Source: a virus. Taken from it: a DNA stretch of 64,000 bases. The DNA lies in the IMG/VR virus record IMGVR_UViG_3300044648_000206, positions 1-64,000 of that record, one strand, 5' to 3'. Positions 36,518 through 45,998 of this stretch are shown piece by piece. The notes below the pieces were generated by a model. The model saw nothing but the letters and a program-made list of their open reading frames with translations. It searched no databases and was not told the DNA's origin. A program made the translations under genes and the position numbers. Position 1 is the first letter of the stretch. Every line of letters starts with the position of its first letter.

Positions 36518-36945
36518 GCTTCCCACCAGCGGTTGGCCCGGTAGGCCTTGACCGAGAGCTGGCGGGTGGCCCGCATCAGGCCGCCGCCGCCGACATCGGT
36601 GATCGAGAACACGTCGTCCTCGAGGTCGGTGTCGGCCCCGAACGAGTCCACGATCACGATGTCGTCGACCTTGGGCACCGCCGCGTTGTAGGGCAGCGAG
36701 ATGATGGTGGCGCCGGTCTGGATGACCGCCTCGCCGGTGAAGATGGCCGCGCTGGCCTGCTCGGTGTAGATCCGGGCCCGGCCGCTGTAGAGCACCGTGG
36801 CCACCCCGCCAGTAGCCACCAGGGTGTTCTCGTCGTAGACCGGCGGGACGACGTGCAGCACCCGCACCTGGCCGAGCATGTTGGCCAGGGCGCGCTGCCG
36901 GACGTACCGGAGCGTTCGGGTGCTGTACGGCGGCCGCGCGGGCAT
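36514..36945 (-). CDS. head-to-tail stopper
   Basis: YDENT...VLYSGRARI; synteny. Confidence 0.7.
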   Translation of the reverse strand: MPARPPYSTRTLRYVRQRALANMLGQVRVLHVVPPVYDENTLVATGGVATVLYSGRARIYTEQASAAIFTGEAVIQTGATIISLPYNAAVPKVDDIVIVDSFGADTDLEDDVFSITDVGGGGLMRATRQLSVKAYRANRWWEA

Positions 36946-37430
36946 CAGAGCGCGTCCTCCGGGTAGCCGTTGTCCCAGCCGGACTGCTTACCCTTGCCGG
37001 CGTAGTCCTGGCTGCCCGCCCGCAGGTTGTCGTGCATCCCCTTGCCGAAGGACAGCGGCTTGATCGTGGGGTCGAACTCCTCGCCGAAGATGGTGCCGCC
37101 GGCGGTCGGAGCACCCCCGGTGCCGACGAAGTCCTTGTACTCCTGGCGCAGCCGCATGGCCAGCTGCTCGTACTTGGTCTGCAGGCTCTCCACCCCGACC
37201 GAGACGCCGTCGCCGGAGACCGAGACCTCGCGGGCGAACTTGGCCGCCAGCCGGTCGGCACAGACCGCAGCCGCGTAGACCAGCGAGCCGGTGACCGGCT
37301 CCCACTGGTCGATGACGAACTGGATCTCCTCGTCCGGCAGGAGCTGGTCCGACTCGTCGGTGTCCTGCAGGTGGAAGCGGACCGTGTCCAGGTCGGACGC
37401 GGACGGGTCACCGGAGTAGGACCAGGTCAC
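36945..37430 (-). CDS. head-to-tail adaptor
   Basis: TWSYSGDPSASDLDTVRFHLQDTD...LPDEEI. Confidence 0.8.
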   Translation of the reverse strand: MTWSYSGDPSASDLDTVRFHLQDTDESDQLLPDEEIQFVIDQWEPVTGSLVYAAAVCADRLAAKFAREVSVSGDGVSVGVESLQTKYEQLAMRLRQEYKDFVGTGGAPTAGGTIFGEEFDPTIKPLSFGKGMHDNLRAGSQDYAGKGKQSGWDNGYPEDAL

Positions 37431-37434
37431 GGGG

Positions 37435-37977
37435 TCACCCCTCGGTCAGGTGCGCGATGATGTCGGCCTTCTTGGCGGTCTGGTCCAGGCCGGCGTTCAT
37501 GCCCAGGGCACGCAGCTCCGGCCAGGGCATCTCGGCGAGCTCGGCCGCCGTGCGCTTCACCGGAGGGACCACCTCGGTGGTCTCGGAGATCAGCGGCTCC
37601 GGCTCCTCGAGGTACTCCGGCTCCTCGACGACCTCGGGCTCCTCCGGCTCCGGCACGGGCTCCGAGGCGCCCGGACCTACCGCGACCCGCACCTTGGGCT
37701 TGGTGGTCTTCCGCTTGGCCTCGGCCTCCCGGGCAGCCTGGGCGGCGTCGTGGTCGGCCTCGGTGAAGCCGTGCAGCTCCCAGATCTCGGGCTCGCAGTA
37801 GGACAGCGCGGCCTCCAGCTCCCCCTCGAGCACGGCGGTGCGCTCGATGAAGAAGGTGTGCTCCAGGCGGGCCAGCACGTGGCCCTTCCACTGGAGGGCC
37901 TCGGGGACCAGATCCCCGGGCTCACGCTTGTCGACGCCGACCTTGATCGGCTTCCGGACTCGGTGGCAAGTAGGCAT
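37435..37977 (-). CDS. head-region protein with C-terminal Rho-N/HeH-like domain
   Basis: ELAEMPWPELRALGMNAGL...KKADIIAHL. Confidence 0.65.
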   Translation of the reverse strand: MPTCHRVRKPIKVGVDKREPGDLVPEALQWKGHVLARLEHTFFIERTAVLEGELEAALSYCEPEIWELHGFTEADHDAAQAAREAEAKRKTTKPKVRVAVGPGASEPVPEPEEPEVVEEPEYLEEPEPLISETTEVVPPVKRTAAELAEMPWPELRALGMNAGLDQTAKKADIIAHLTEG

Positions 37978-38006
37978 GTCTTCACCCTCCTGGGCCTTTC
38001 AAGCCA

Positions 38007-38047
38007 GAAGGGGGAGCAGCACACCCCTGAGGCGCTGCTCCCCCTTC
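38007..38047 (-). terminator. hairpin after major capsid gene
   Basis: GAAGGGGGAGCAGC/GCTGCTCCCCCTTC. Confidence 0.6.
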
Positions 38048-38067
38048 CGGGGCGTTACGAAGGTGGA

Positions 38068-39093
38068 TCAGACGACGACGGTGTTGAGGAACACACCGCA
38101 GTCACCGCTGACCAGCTTCATGTCGTAGGTCATGGAGGCCTCGATGCGGTCGACCTCCGTACGCTCCAGGCGGAACTGCTTGACCCGGATGCCGGCCTTG
38201 TTGCCGACCGAGTAGCCGTTCCACGTGAAGGTGTAGCCGGCGCTCGGGGTGTTGATCCCGGGCGAGTCCGGCGCGTAGAAGAGCGCCGCCGACTTCTTGC
38301 CGTAGACCCGCGTGTAGGTCGCCGCAGCGTCCTGGGCAGCAGCGTCGTTCATCTCGCCGACCCCGGTCTTGCGGGCGCGAGCGACGACCAGCTTGCCGAT
38401 GCCGAAGAACTCCGCGACCAGGTCCTCGGTCACGACACCCTTCTGGGTGTACTTGATCCGGTCGAGGATCTGCGGGTGGTTCTTGAGCGCCTTCCAGACG
38501 TCCACGCCGATGACCATCTTGTTCGGCATGAACCCGGTCAGCTCGTCGAAGGCCTCGAACCAGTCCGTGGTGTCACCCAGCGGGTCGGACGCGGCCTGGT
38601 CCCACTGCATGAAGTTCGCGGTGGCAGGCGAGAGACCGGCGGCCGTGGTGCCCGTGCCGGCAGCGGTGCCGGTGTACTCGTAGGCCCACTTGCCCGAGGC
38701 GAAGAAGTCCGCGGCCCAGTCGATGTCCCGCTTGAGCAGGAGCTGGCCCGTGATCAGCTTCGTGGCGTCCGAGTCCAGCTTGAAGTTGCTGTCCGCGTTG
38801 GCCCGGGTCTGGTCGTCGATGTCCTTGTGCACGGCGTACACGTCGCAGTAGTACTGGTCGGACGTGACGCGGTACCCGGTGCCGGCCGACTCCGTGGCCG
38901 GGGCGCGCTTCGCGGCCTCGGTGCGGAGCCAGTCCGACTTCGAGTACTTCCAGAAGATGTCCGACCGGTGCTCGACCGGGACGCTCGGGAAGATCTTCGT
39001 GGCGAGGTAGCGGTCCGCCTGCTGGGCGTACCGCACCGAGACGCTGGAGAGCGGCCCGTTGATGTGGAGGTCGCTGGCGTACGGGTTAGGCAT
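38068..39093 (-). CDS. major capsid protein
   Basis: 341 aa, LSSVSVRY...IFPSVPV...PNKMVIG...WKALKNHP...PSAGYTF. Confidence 0.88.
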   Translation of the reverse strand: MPNPYASDLHINGPLSSVSVRYAQQADRYLATKIFPSVPVEHRSDIFWKYSKSDWLRTEAAKRAPATESAGTGYRVTSDQYYCDVYAVHKDIDDQTRANADSNFKLDSDATKLITGQLLLKRDIDWAADFFASGKWAYEYTGTAAGTGTTAAGLSPATANFMQWDQAASDPLGDTTDWFEAFDELTGFMPNKMVIGVDVWKALKNHPQILDRIKYTQKGVVTEDLVAEFFGIGKLVVARARKTGVGEMNDAAAQDAAATYTRVYGKKSAALFYAPDSPGINTPSAGYTFTWNGYSVGNKAGIRVKQFRLERTEVDRIEASMTYDMKLVSGDCGVFLNTVVV

Positions 39094-39110
39094 GGCTTCT
39101 CAGTCCCTTC

Positions 39111-39533
39111 TCAGTTCCGTCGCAGGAGCACGGACATGAGCTCCCCCGAGACGCCGGCGGTGAGGGCGATGCCCGTGCAGAGGCCCTCGTCGTCCGTACC
39201 GGCGACCCAGGCGACAGCCAGGCCGCTCGCGTTGACCTTGACTCCGGAGCCCGCGGTGATCGCACCGCCGGCCAGGACCTTGCTGACACCGTCGACCGCG
39301 ACCGTGGCCGCCTCGCCGGTGTTCTGGGGCTTGTTCTGCAGCACGCCGATGACGCGCTCGTTCGCGGCGGCGACCGCGAGGCCCGCAGTGCGGGCGCCCG
39401 TCACCTTGACGAACTTGTACTGGTGGCCACCGTTCGGGTTGGCCGAGCCGGTGACTCCGGGCGGGCCGGTGTAGACGGCGATGCTCGAGTCAGCCTCGAG
39501 CGTGATCTCGCGAAGAAGCTCTTCGTAGGCCAT
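39111..39533 (-). CDS. capsid decoration/cement protein
   Basis: IGVLQNKP...GEAATV...AGGAITAG...GIAL pattern upstream of capsid gene. Confidence 0.8.
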   Translation of the reverse strand: MAYEELLREITLEADSSIAVYTGPPGVTGSANPNGGHQYKFVKVTGARTAGLAVAAANERVIGVLQNKPQNTGEAATVAVDGVSKVLAGGAITAGSGVKVNASGLAVAWVAGTDDEGLCTGIALTAGVSGELMSVLLRRN

Positions 39534-39557
39534 GGCTGTGTTCCCTCCTCAGCTCTC

Positions 39558-40346
39558 TCAGCGGCTCTGGCGCTCGGCCAGGTAGCGGTCGTACGCCGCC
39601 GGGTCGGCCTCGAAGGCCTTCTCGATCAGCTCGTGCGAGTCGGAACCGCGGGTCGACAGCGCCTTGGACAGCTCGCTGTCGGGCTCCGGCGAGAGCAGCT
39701 CCTCGACGACCGAGAAGGCGTCGTGGTTGCTGCCGGTGCCCGAGGTGCCCAGCTCGGCGAACGCGGCGCCGGCCGACTCCAGGGCCTTGTTGAGGACCAC
39801 GCAGTCGTCGTGCGACAGCGTCTCGGCGGCCCGCATCAGGACCGGGCCCAACGCCTGCGGGGTGACCCCGGGGACGCCGTAGGACTCGGCCTTGCTGACG
39901 TACTCGCGGGTCAGGCGCAGGTCGCGCTCGGCCTTGGCGATGGCCTGAGCCTCGCGGGCCTCGGCCTGGGCCTTGCTGACCTCGCCCAGGGCCTTGGTGA
40001 TCACGTCGTCGCGCTCGACGTCGCCCAGCGCCTTGGAGAGGTCCTCGCGGACCTGCTCGGCGAAGGACTTGCCGACCGGCTCGAGCTCCTGCTCGACCTC
40101 GGCCTCGGCGCCCTCGGTCTCGTCGGCCGCCTCGATGGCGAACGCCCGGCCGTCCTCGGAGAAGACGACGGTGCCGACCTCGAGCTCGTCGATGTCCTCG
40201 ATGAGCTCGTTGTTCTCGTTGAAGTACTGCACGGTCTCCTCCGGAGCTCGCTTTGCCAGGGCGACTCGTGCGTGCTGGTTCGCCGGCCGGTCGACGAGGG
40301 AGACCTCGTCCACCTCGATGTCGTGTAGCCAGTTCGCAGTCGTCAC
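39558..40346 (-). CDS. scaffold protein with N-terminal protease fragment
   Basis: AAGGAGG RBS and GTG; EVSLVDRPAN; acidic helical repeats. Confidence 0.75.
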   Translation of the reverse strand: MTTANWLHDIEVDEVSLVDRPANQHARVALAKRAPEETVQYFNENNELIEDIDELEVGTVVFSEDGRAFAIEAADETEGAEAEVEQELEPVGKSFAEQVREDLSKALGDVERDDVITKALGEVSKAQAEAREAQAIAKAERDLRLTREYVSKAESYGVPGVTPQALGPVLMRAAETLSHDDCVVLNKALESAGAAFAELGTSGTGSNHDAFSVVEELLSPEPDSELSKALSTRGSDSHELIEKAFEADPAAYDRYLAERQSR

Positions 40347-40580
40347 GCAGATCGCCTCCTTGACTCCACGGTCTGAGGCGCGTCCCACCGGTCCTGATGG
40401 CAGAGTTGTGCTGAGGCACTTGCGTTTCGCTCAGAGGAGTGCGTAGGGTCGTCTCGAGGCGGCGAGAAGAGTCAGCTCGACACTGGTTCTCAGCCGCCGT
40501 GCTGCCGCTACTACCTCCGAGAGAGGGAACGGGCAGCAGAGAGCCCCAGCCATCTCATGCGTGGCTGGGGCTCTCCCTTG

Positions 40581-41951
40581 TCAGTCGCCCTTGACGGGGG
40601 ACCACTTCTGGCCGGCGTTGGCCCGCTCGATGACTCGAGCGACCTTCTTCTGCTTGCGTGCCGCGACCGGGACGACCTTCTTCTCGCCGCGGGTCTTGGC
40701 CCGCATGTAGAGGTTGGTGGCTCGGATGCGAGTGTCCTGCTGCTTGCCGTTGAAGGCCAGGTTCAGCGTGCGGGCCAGGTTCCGGTCGCTCAGCGCCTTG
40801 GCCACCTTGGTCTTGGGCTCGACCTTCTTGGCCTCGGCCCGCTGGATCGCCGCGAAGTTGTAGCCGCCGACGCCACCGACACCACCGGCGCCGATCGACA
40901 GCTGCTGAGCAGCCCGGTCCAGGTGCCGGGCGTAGGCCTGCCCGCGCGGGGTCTTGCCCAGCTTGGTCGCCTTGGGCAGCAGCTTGGCCCCGCCCAGCGT
41001 GCCCAGGGCTGCGAGGCCCAGGGTGGACCCAGCGATGGTGGTGGCCGACTGGACCTTCTTGCGGTGGGCCAGCTCGCGGTTGCCCATCGTGGCCGACTTG
41101 GCCAGCTCGAGGTCCGCCTGGTGCGCCAGCCGGCCGGGCTCCTGTGCCTTGGACATCTCCTCGAGCCTCCGGGCGCGCTTGTTGGCGATCTTCTTGCTCC
41201 GGGTGCCCGTCGCCGCAACCACAGAGCCGGCCGCCACGGTACCCATGGTCTTGAGGCCAGGCTTGCCGTGCATGACCGCCTCGGCAGCCTTGCGGCCGAC
41301 CTTGGTCGGGACGTCCATGGAGCGCAGCTGCATCTTCTGCTTGAAGCCCGGGTAGTCGTTGAAGGCCGCGTCCCGCAGGGCGGCACCACCCAGGGCACCA
41401 CCAGCTGCACCGGCCACGCCCTGCCCGGTGTTCTCCACCCGGTTGGCCCGGGCCTCCCGGCGCTCCCACTTCTGCTGAGCCACCGTGTAGTCCCGCTTGG
41501 CCAGGGTCGCCTTCTTGCGCTTGGGCTTCTGGGTCGCAGCTGCGCCCAGGGAGGCGCCGGCGGCCGCCGTAGCACCGAAGCCGGTCACCAGGGCTGCCTT
41601 GGGCTTGGCCAGGTGAGCCACGACCTTGGTCGTCCGGTAGCCCTTGATCGACCGGCGGGCCGCCTTCTGCTCGCCCTCGGCCTTGGCCTTGAGCTTGTCG
41701 GCCATGCCCCGAGCGGCAGCGCCCTCACCCTCGGTGCCAGCGCGGTCAGCCAGGTTCTTGACCTTCTCGTACTTGCGCCAGGTCGGGGCAGCGTCGCGCA
41801 GCTTGGTCTCGTTGGCGGCCGCCCGTCGCGTGGCCCTGATCCCGGCCTGCTGCGCTCCGACCGCGGCCGGGGCACCCAGGAAGTAGGCGCCGGCCAGCCC
41901 ACCAGCGGCCGCGTTGGCGCGCTTGCGTCGCTTGTAGTCGGAGGTCGGCAT
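40581..41951 (-). CDS. basic Gly/Ala-rich head-region polyprotein
   Basis: Repeated glycine-zipper segments separated by LAKR/MSKA/LAKS/VAKA. Confidence 0.7.
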   Translation of the reverse strand: MPTSDYKRRKRANAAAGGLAGAYFLGAPAAVGAQQAGIRATRRAAANETKLRDAAPTWRKYEKVKNLADRAGTEGEGAAARGMADKLKAKAEGEQKAARRSIKGYRTTKVVAHLAKPKAALVTGFGATAAAGASLGAAATQKPKRKKATLAKRDYTVAQQKWERREARANRVENTGQGVAGAAGGALGGAALRDAAFNDYPGFKQKMQLRSMDVPTKVGRKAAEAVMHGKPGLKTMGTVAAGSVVAATGTRSKKIANKRARRLEEMSKAQEPGRLAHQADLELAKSATMGNRELAHRKKVQSATTIAGSTLGLAALGTLGGAKLLPKATKLGKTPRGQAYARHLDRAAQQLSIGAGGVGGVGGYNFAAIQRAEAKKVEPKTKVAKALSDRNLARTLNLAFNGKQQDTRIRATNLYMRAKTRGEKKVVPVAARKQKKVARVIERANAGQKWSPVKGD

Positions 41952-41953
41952 GA

Positions 41954-42484
41954 TCAGCCGCGACCCTTGAGGTAGCCCTTACGCTGGTTGCGGTTGTTGC
42001 CCGCGATGGCCCCGCCGACCGAGCCGACCGCGCTACCAAGGGCGGCACCGCCCGCGCGGCCACCGGAGAGCACCCCGCCGGCCACCGAGCCGCCGAGCGA
42101 ACCCAGCACCGCGCCGCCGTACTCGTTGCCGGCGGCCCGAGCGCGCTTGCCCTTCTTGGCAGCGGCGATGCCGTGGATGCCAGGCGCGAGCGCAGCGGTG
42201 GCCTTGCGGCCGGTGGTGGACTCCTGCGGCTTGGCCTTGGACAGCTCGAACGGGTCAGCGTCGGCCGACTTCTTGAAGGGGAGCAGGTCGCTCATCCGGT
42301 TGTGCGACCGCGCGCCGGGGCCGGGGCCCTTGCCCGCCTTGCCGCTGTCCCAGGCGCGGAGCACCTTCTTGGCCGTCTTCGGTGCCTTGGGCACGCCCGA
42401 CACCGGCGACTTGCCCGAGGCCAGGATCAGGCCGCGAGTGACGCTCTGCTTGGAGACGTTGAACGGGTCGGACTCGATGCTCAT
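41954..42484 (-). CDS. basic glycine-zipper head-region protein
   Basis: DPFNVSK/DPFELSK repeat; C-terminal GxxxG array. Confidence 0.7.
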   Translation of the reverse strand: MSIESDPFNVSKQSVTRGLILASGKSPVSGVPKAPKTAKKVLRAWDSGKAGKGPGPGARSHNRMSDLLPFKKSADADPFELSKAKPQESTTGRKATAALAPGIHGIAAAKKGKRARAAGNEYGGAVLGSLGGSVAGGVLSGGRAGGAALGSAVGSVGGAIAGNNRNQRKGYLKGRG

Positions 42485-43782
42485 GACGCTGCCCCCTCCA
42501 GGGCCTTCTGCACACGGGAGCCCTTCCCGTGGATGCTGAAACCTGCACGCTCGCCGGTCTTGACCTGGTTCCAGGTGGCGTCGTCGTTGACGTGGTAGCC
42601 GACCCACCAGCCGGTGGGCATTCCCTTGGCGATGTCAGCCGGCACGCCCAGCTGCTCGAGCTTCTCCGGAGTGGCCACGAAGGACTCGACCATGTCCGAG
42701 ACGTGCAGCGCCCGCTCGCCCTGGCGCTCGTGCTGGTTGCCGCCGACCCGGGACTTCACCACGTAGGCGTAGGCGCTCTTCTCGATCTCGTCGATCGGCG
42801 CGTAGTCACCCTGCAGGTCGACCACCGGCTTGCCGTCGACCGTGGAGAGGTTGCACCAGCCGAAGACGAGGCGCTTGTCCTCGTCCATCTTGGAGATCTC
42901 ACCGGTGTAGACGTAGTCCACCTGCTCGGCCTTCTCGACTCCTCCGACCCGGTGCTTGCCCTTCGGGGCAGGCCCGGTCTCCGGGAGCCGGATGGGAGCC
43001 AGCTTGCGCTGGGCGGCCTTCTTGCCGGCCCGGCGCCCGACCGCGTAGCCGGTACCGGCACCGACCGCAGCCGTGGTGACCAGCGCGGCCTTGGCCGCCT
43101 TGGGCGCGGTCTTGAGGGCGTCCTCGGCCATCTCCGCACGGGCGGTCAGCTTGGCCCGGCTCATCCGGTGCTTGGGCTCGGACTTCTCGATCAGGTTCTC
43201 AGCCAGCTCGATCGCAGTGGCTGTGCTGATCTGGCCCTGGCGGCGCGCCTCGACGATGTCGTCCAGGGCCTTCTTGACGTCCTTCTTGGACTCCCGGGCC
43301 AGCACGCGATTGGCCACCAGGTCGCCGCCGGTGTTGGCCGTCTGCAGGCCGAGAGCGCCCAGCGCCACCGCAGCACCGGCGCGGCCGGTACGCGGGCTGA
43401 TCTTGGGCAGCTTGTCCGCCGCGGCGTGCATCTTCCGGGCCACCTTGCCGCCGCCGAGCAGTCGCTCGTCGCGAGCAGCTGCGCCGAGCGCGGTAGCGCC
43501 GGCGGCCAGGCCGACCACGTTGGAGGCCAGGCCTACCTTGGCCTGCAGCTTCTCCCGCTCGGCCTTGGTGCGCTCGCGCTTGTCGACGCACTTGCACTTG
43601 TCCTTGGAGCACTTGCAGGTCTTGCAACGGGCAACCTTGAGACCGCCGTTGACGTGCACCTCGGAGGCGTCCATCTTGGACACGTCGTAGGCCTCACGGG
43701 GGTCCACCGCGTCACCGAACAGGAGGTCTACGACCTCGCGGAACACGGGGTCGACCTCGTGGAGCTTCGAGATCATGTCCAT
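42481..43782 (-). CDS. XkdF-like capsid maturation protease with N-terminal extension
   Basis: ISKMDEDKRLVFGW...VDLQGD...IEKSAY...NQH...VESF...GWWVG...GFSIHG. Confidence 0.85.
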   Translation of the reverse strand: MDMISKLHEVDPVFREVVDLLFGDAVDPREAYDVSKMDASEVHVNGGLKVARCKTCKCSKDKCKCVDKRERTKAEREKLQAKVGLASNVVGLAAGATALGAAARDERLLGGGKVARKMHAAADKLPKISPRTGRAGAAVALGALGLQTANTGGDLVANRVLARESKKDVKKALDDIVEARRQGQISTATAIELAENLIEKSEPKHRMSRAKLTARAEMAEDALKTAPKAAKAALVTTAAVGAGTGYAVGRRAGKKAAQRKLAPIRLPETGPAPKGKHRVGGVEKAEQVDYVYTGEISKMDEDKRLVFGWCNLSTVDGKPVVDLQGDYAPIDEIEKSAYAYVVKSRVGGNQHERQGERALHVSDMVESFVATPEKLEQLGVPADIAKGMPTGWWVGYHVNDDATWNQVKTGERAGFSIHGKGSRVQKALEGAAS

Positions 43783-43808
43783 GGCTCTACCTTCCGGTTC
43801 CTGTCACG

Positions 43809-45998
43809 TCACGGGTGGTTGTGACCGTCGATGCGCGGGATGTCTTTCCAGCTGGGGTCGTCGTCCGTGACGCGCTCGAGGATGACTTCCTTCCACGCCC
43901 GGATGCGCGGGTTCTCCCGCCGCACGTCGTCGTCGAGGCGGTGCATCCGCACCTCGGCCACCCGGTAGCGCCCCATGATCATCGGGTTGACCGCTCCGTC
44001 CACGTCCGGGATGAAGCCGTCGAACCGGTTCTCCTTGAAGGTGAAGACCTGCGGCACTCGCATGAAGTCGGGCCGAGACTCGTGGACCGCCTCCAGGGCG
44101 GCCTGCACGTCCTCGTTCTCACTGATCAGGTGGAAGAGCAGCGACTCCTCGAGCGAGGCCTTGTCCTGGAAGGTGTACCCGTCGACCAGCTCGTCCTCGT
44201 CCTCGATCATGTTGAAGAGGTCCTGCCGGAGCTGGGTGTAGTCGCCTCGGTGGTAGGCGGTGCGGGTCTTGGCCCGCAGCCCGGCCTCCCGGAAGACCTT
44301 GACGATCTCGCCGTCCTCCATGTTGTTGACGATGTCGGCGAGGTTGTCCTTCATGTCCTCGTAGACGACGTTCTCCTGGTCCCAGACGTCCTGCATCAGG
44401 GTCTGGTCCTCGGCCACCAGGTCGTCGGTGTAGTGGTAGAAGTCGTCCAGTCGCCGGATCATGTCGACCGGGGAGCGCCCCTGGTGGGCCTGGATCGGCA
44501 TCGGCACCGACCGGTCCACCTTGTGCTTCTCGTAGGCAGCCTCGGCGGCCATCTCGTCGAAGTCCAGCACCACGCCGGTCCGCAGCTCGGGCACCCCGAC
44601 CGCAGGCTCCCCCGCCCGCTCCGGCTTGTACTCGTTCTTCTGGGCGAAGTAGGCGTCGGCCGGCAGGAAGACCCAGTGGTCGTCGTCGGGCGCGACCTCC
44701 TCGGCGTCGACCTCCTGCAGCTGGCCGTTGACGATGATGTAGATCCGGCGCCGGCGGCCGGTGGTCTTCATCTTGGAGCCCTGCGGGGCGAAGATGTCGC
44801 CGGGCGCGAACAGGTCAGGCGCGCCGAACAGGGTGGGCGGCGGGGCGAACAGGGTGGGGGCCTGGGCCCCGAACAGGTCCGGCGGCGACGACTGGGTGCC
44901 GAACAGGTCCGGGACCTTGGTGCCGAACAGGTCAGGCACCTCCTCGACCTGCTCCTGGCGGGCCCGCTCGAACATGGCGGCCGCCTCGTTGGTGTCGCGC
45001 TCCTTGACCGGCATCGGCCGGGCCACCCGCTTGACCCGCGACTCCTTGCGCGCGAACTGGCCCTGGCTGTCCCGGTCGTACGGGTCGTCGCCCAGGGCCT
45101 TCTCGACGTTGATCTCCGGGTAGACCAGGGCGAGCTCGCACCGGCAGTTCGGGTGGACCCCGGGCGCCCACAGCCGCTGGCCGTTGGGCAGGGTGAATTG
45201 CTCGGAGAGCCGGACCTCGCGCTTGTGCAGCGGGCCGCAGACCTTGCAGACCAGCTCGTCGTCGGCGGTGATCCACCGCTTCCGGGTGCCGTAGGGCATC
45301 TGCCCGGCCTGCTCCTCGTAGAGCCAGACGATGCTCTTGGCCACCTCGCGGGCGTGCCAGGCCTCGGTCTGGCCCAGGACGTCGGCCCGGGCCAGCATGG
45401 CCCGCTCGAGCGCCCGGCGTGCCCCCGGCCGGATCAGGTCGCTGATCGGACCCTCCTGGACGGCCTGCTGAGCCACCCAGGACCGCAGCCGGCGCTCGTC
45501 CAGCCCGTAGCCCTCCATGGCCCGCAGCCAGCTCAGGGTGGGGCTCACGCCCCGCCGCAGCTGCTCCCGGTACCCGGCGACCACTGCGTTGGCGCTGGTG
45601 GCGTGGACCTGCTGGCCGAGCCGGGCCGCGTAGTCGGCTGCCACCGCAGTCAGCTCGGGGCCGGTCAGCCCCTGGGAGGCCATCACCTGGGCGATGGCCG
45701 GCTGGGTCACCCGCATCCACATCGGGGCGTGCCGGGTGAAGAACAGGTGCAGCGCGCCCTCGGGGTCCGGCGGCGGGCCGGGCATCTCCCGGCGGGCCTT
45801 GGCGATGGCGTACAGCCGCCAGGCCATGTAGGAGCCCGCGATGATCACCACGGCCTTGAGGAAGTCGCTCTCCTCGGCCGTGTCGTCCTCGGACGGCGGC
45901 GGAGTGAAGGGCAGGTTGTCCCGCAGGAAGGCCTCAGGGTCGCCGGAGGCGAGGAAGGCCGCCCCCGGGTCCTGCAGCTCCAGCGGGGCTTGGGTCAC
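43809..45998 (-). CDS. MuF-like minor capsid protein with long C-terminal extension
   Basis: KRWITADDELVCKVCGPLH...PGVHPNCRC. Confidence 0.85.
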   Translation of the reverse strand: MTQAPLELQDPGAAFLASGDPEAFLRDNLPFTPPPSEDDTAEESDFLKAVVIIAGSYMAWRLYAIAKARREMPGPPPDPEGALHLFFTRHAPMWMRVTQPAIAQVMASQGLTGPELTAVAADYAARLGQQVHATSANAVVAGYREQLRRGVSPTLSWLRAMEGYGLDERRLRSWVAQQAVQEGPISDLIRPGARRALERAMLARADVLGQTEAWHAREVAKSIVWLYEEQAGQMPYGTRKRWITADDELVCKVCGPLHKREVRLSEQFTLPNGQRLWAPGVHPNCRCELALVYPEINVEKALGDDPYDRDSQGQFARKESRVKRVARPMPVKERDTNEAAAMFERARQEQVEEVPDLFGTKVPDLFGTQSSPPDLFGAQAPTLFAPPPTLFGAPDLFAPGDIFAPQGSKMKTTGRRRRIYIIVNGQLQEVDAEEVAPDDDHWVFLPADAYFAQKNEYKPERAGEPAVGVPELRTGVVLDFDEMAAEAAYEKHKVDRSVPMPIQAHQGRSPVDMIRRLDDFYHYTDDLVAEDQTLMQDVWDQENVVYEDMKDNLADIVNNMEDGEIVKVFREAGLRAKTRTAYHRGDYTQLRQDLFNMIEDEDELVDGYTFQDKASLEESLLFHLISENEDVQAALEAVHESRPDFMRVPQVFTFKENRFDGFIPDVDGAVNPMIMGRYRVAEVRMHRLDDDVRRENPRIRAWKEVILERVTDDDPSWKDIPRIDGHNHP

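Noticed and set aside
44785-44940. Repeated GAACAGG units as a CRISPR or iteron array
   Set aside because: In-frame coding repeats with short irregular spacing; no cas genes
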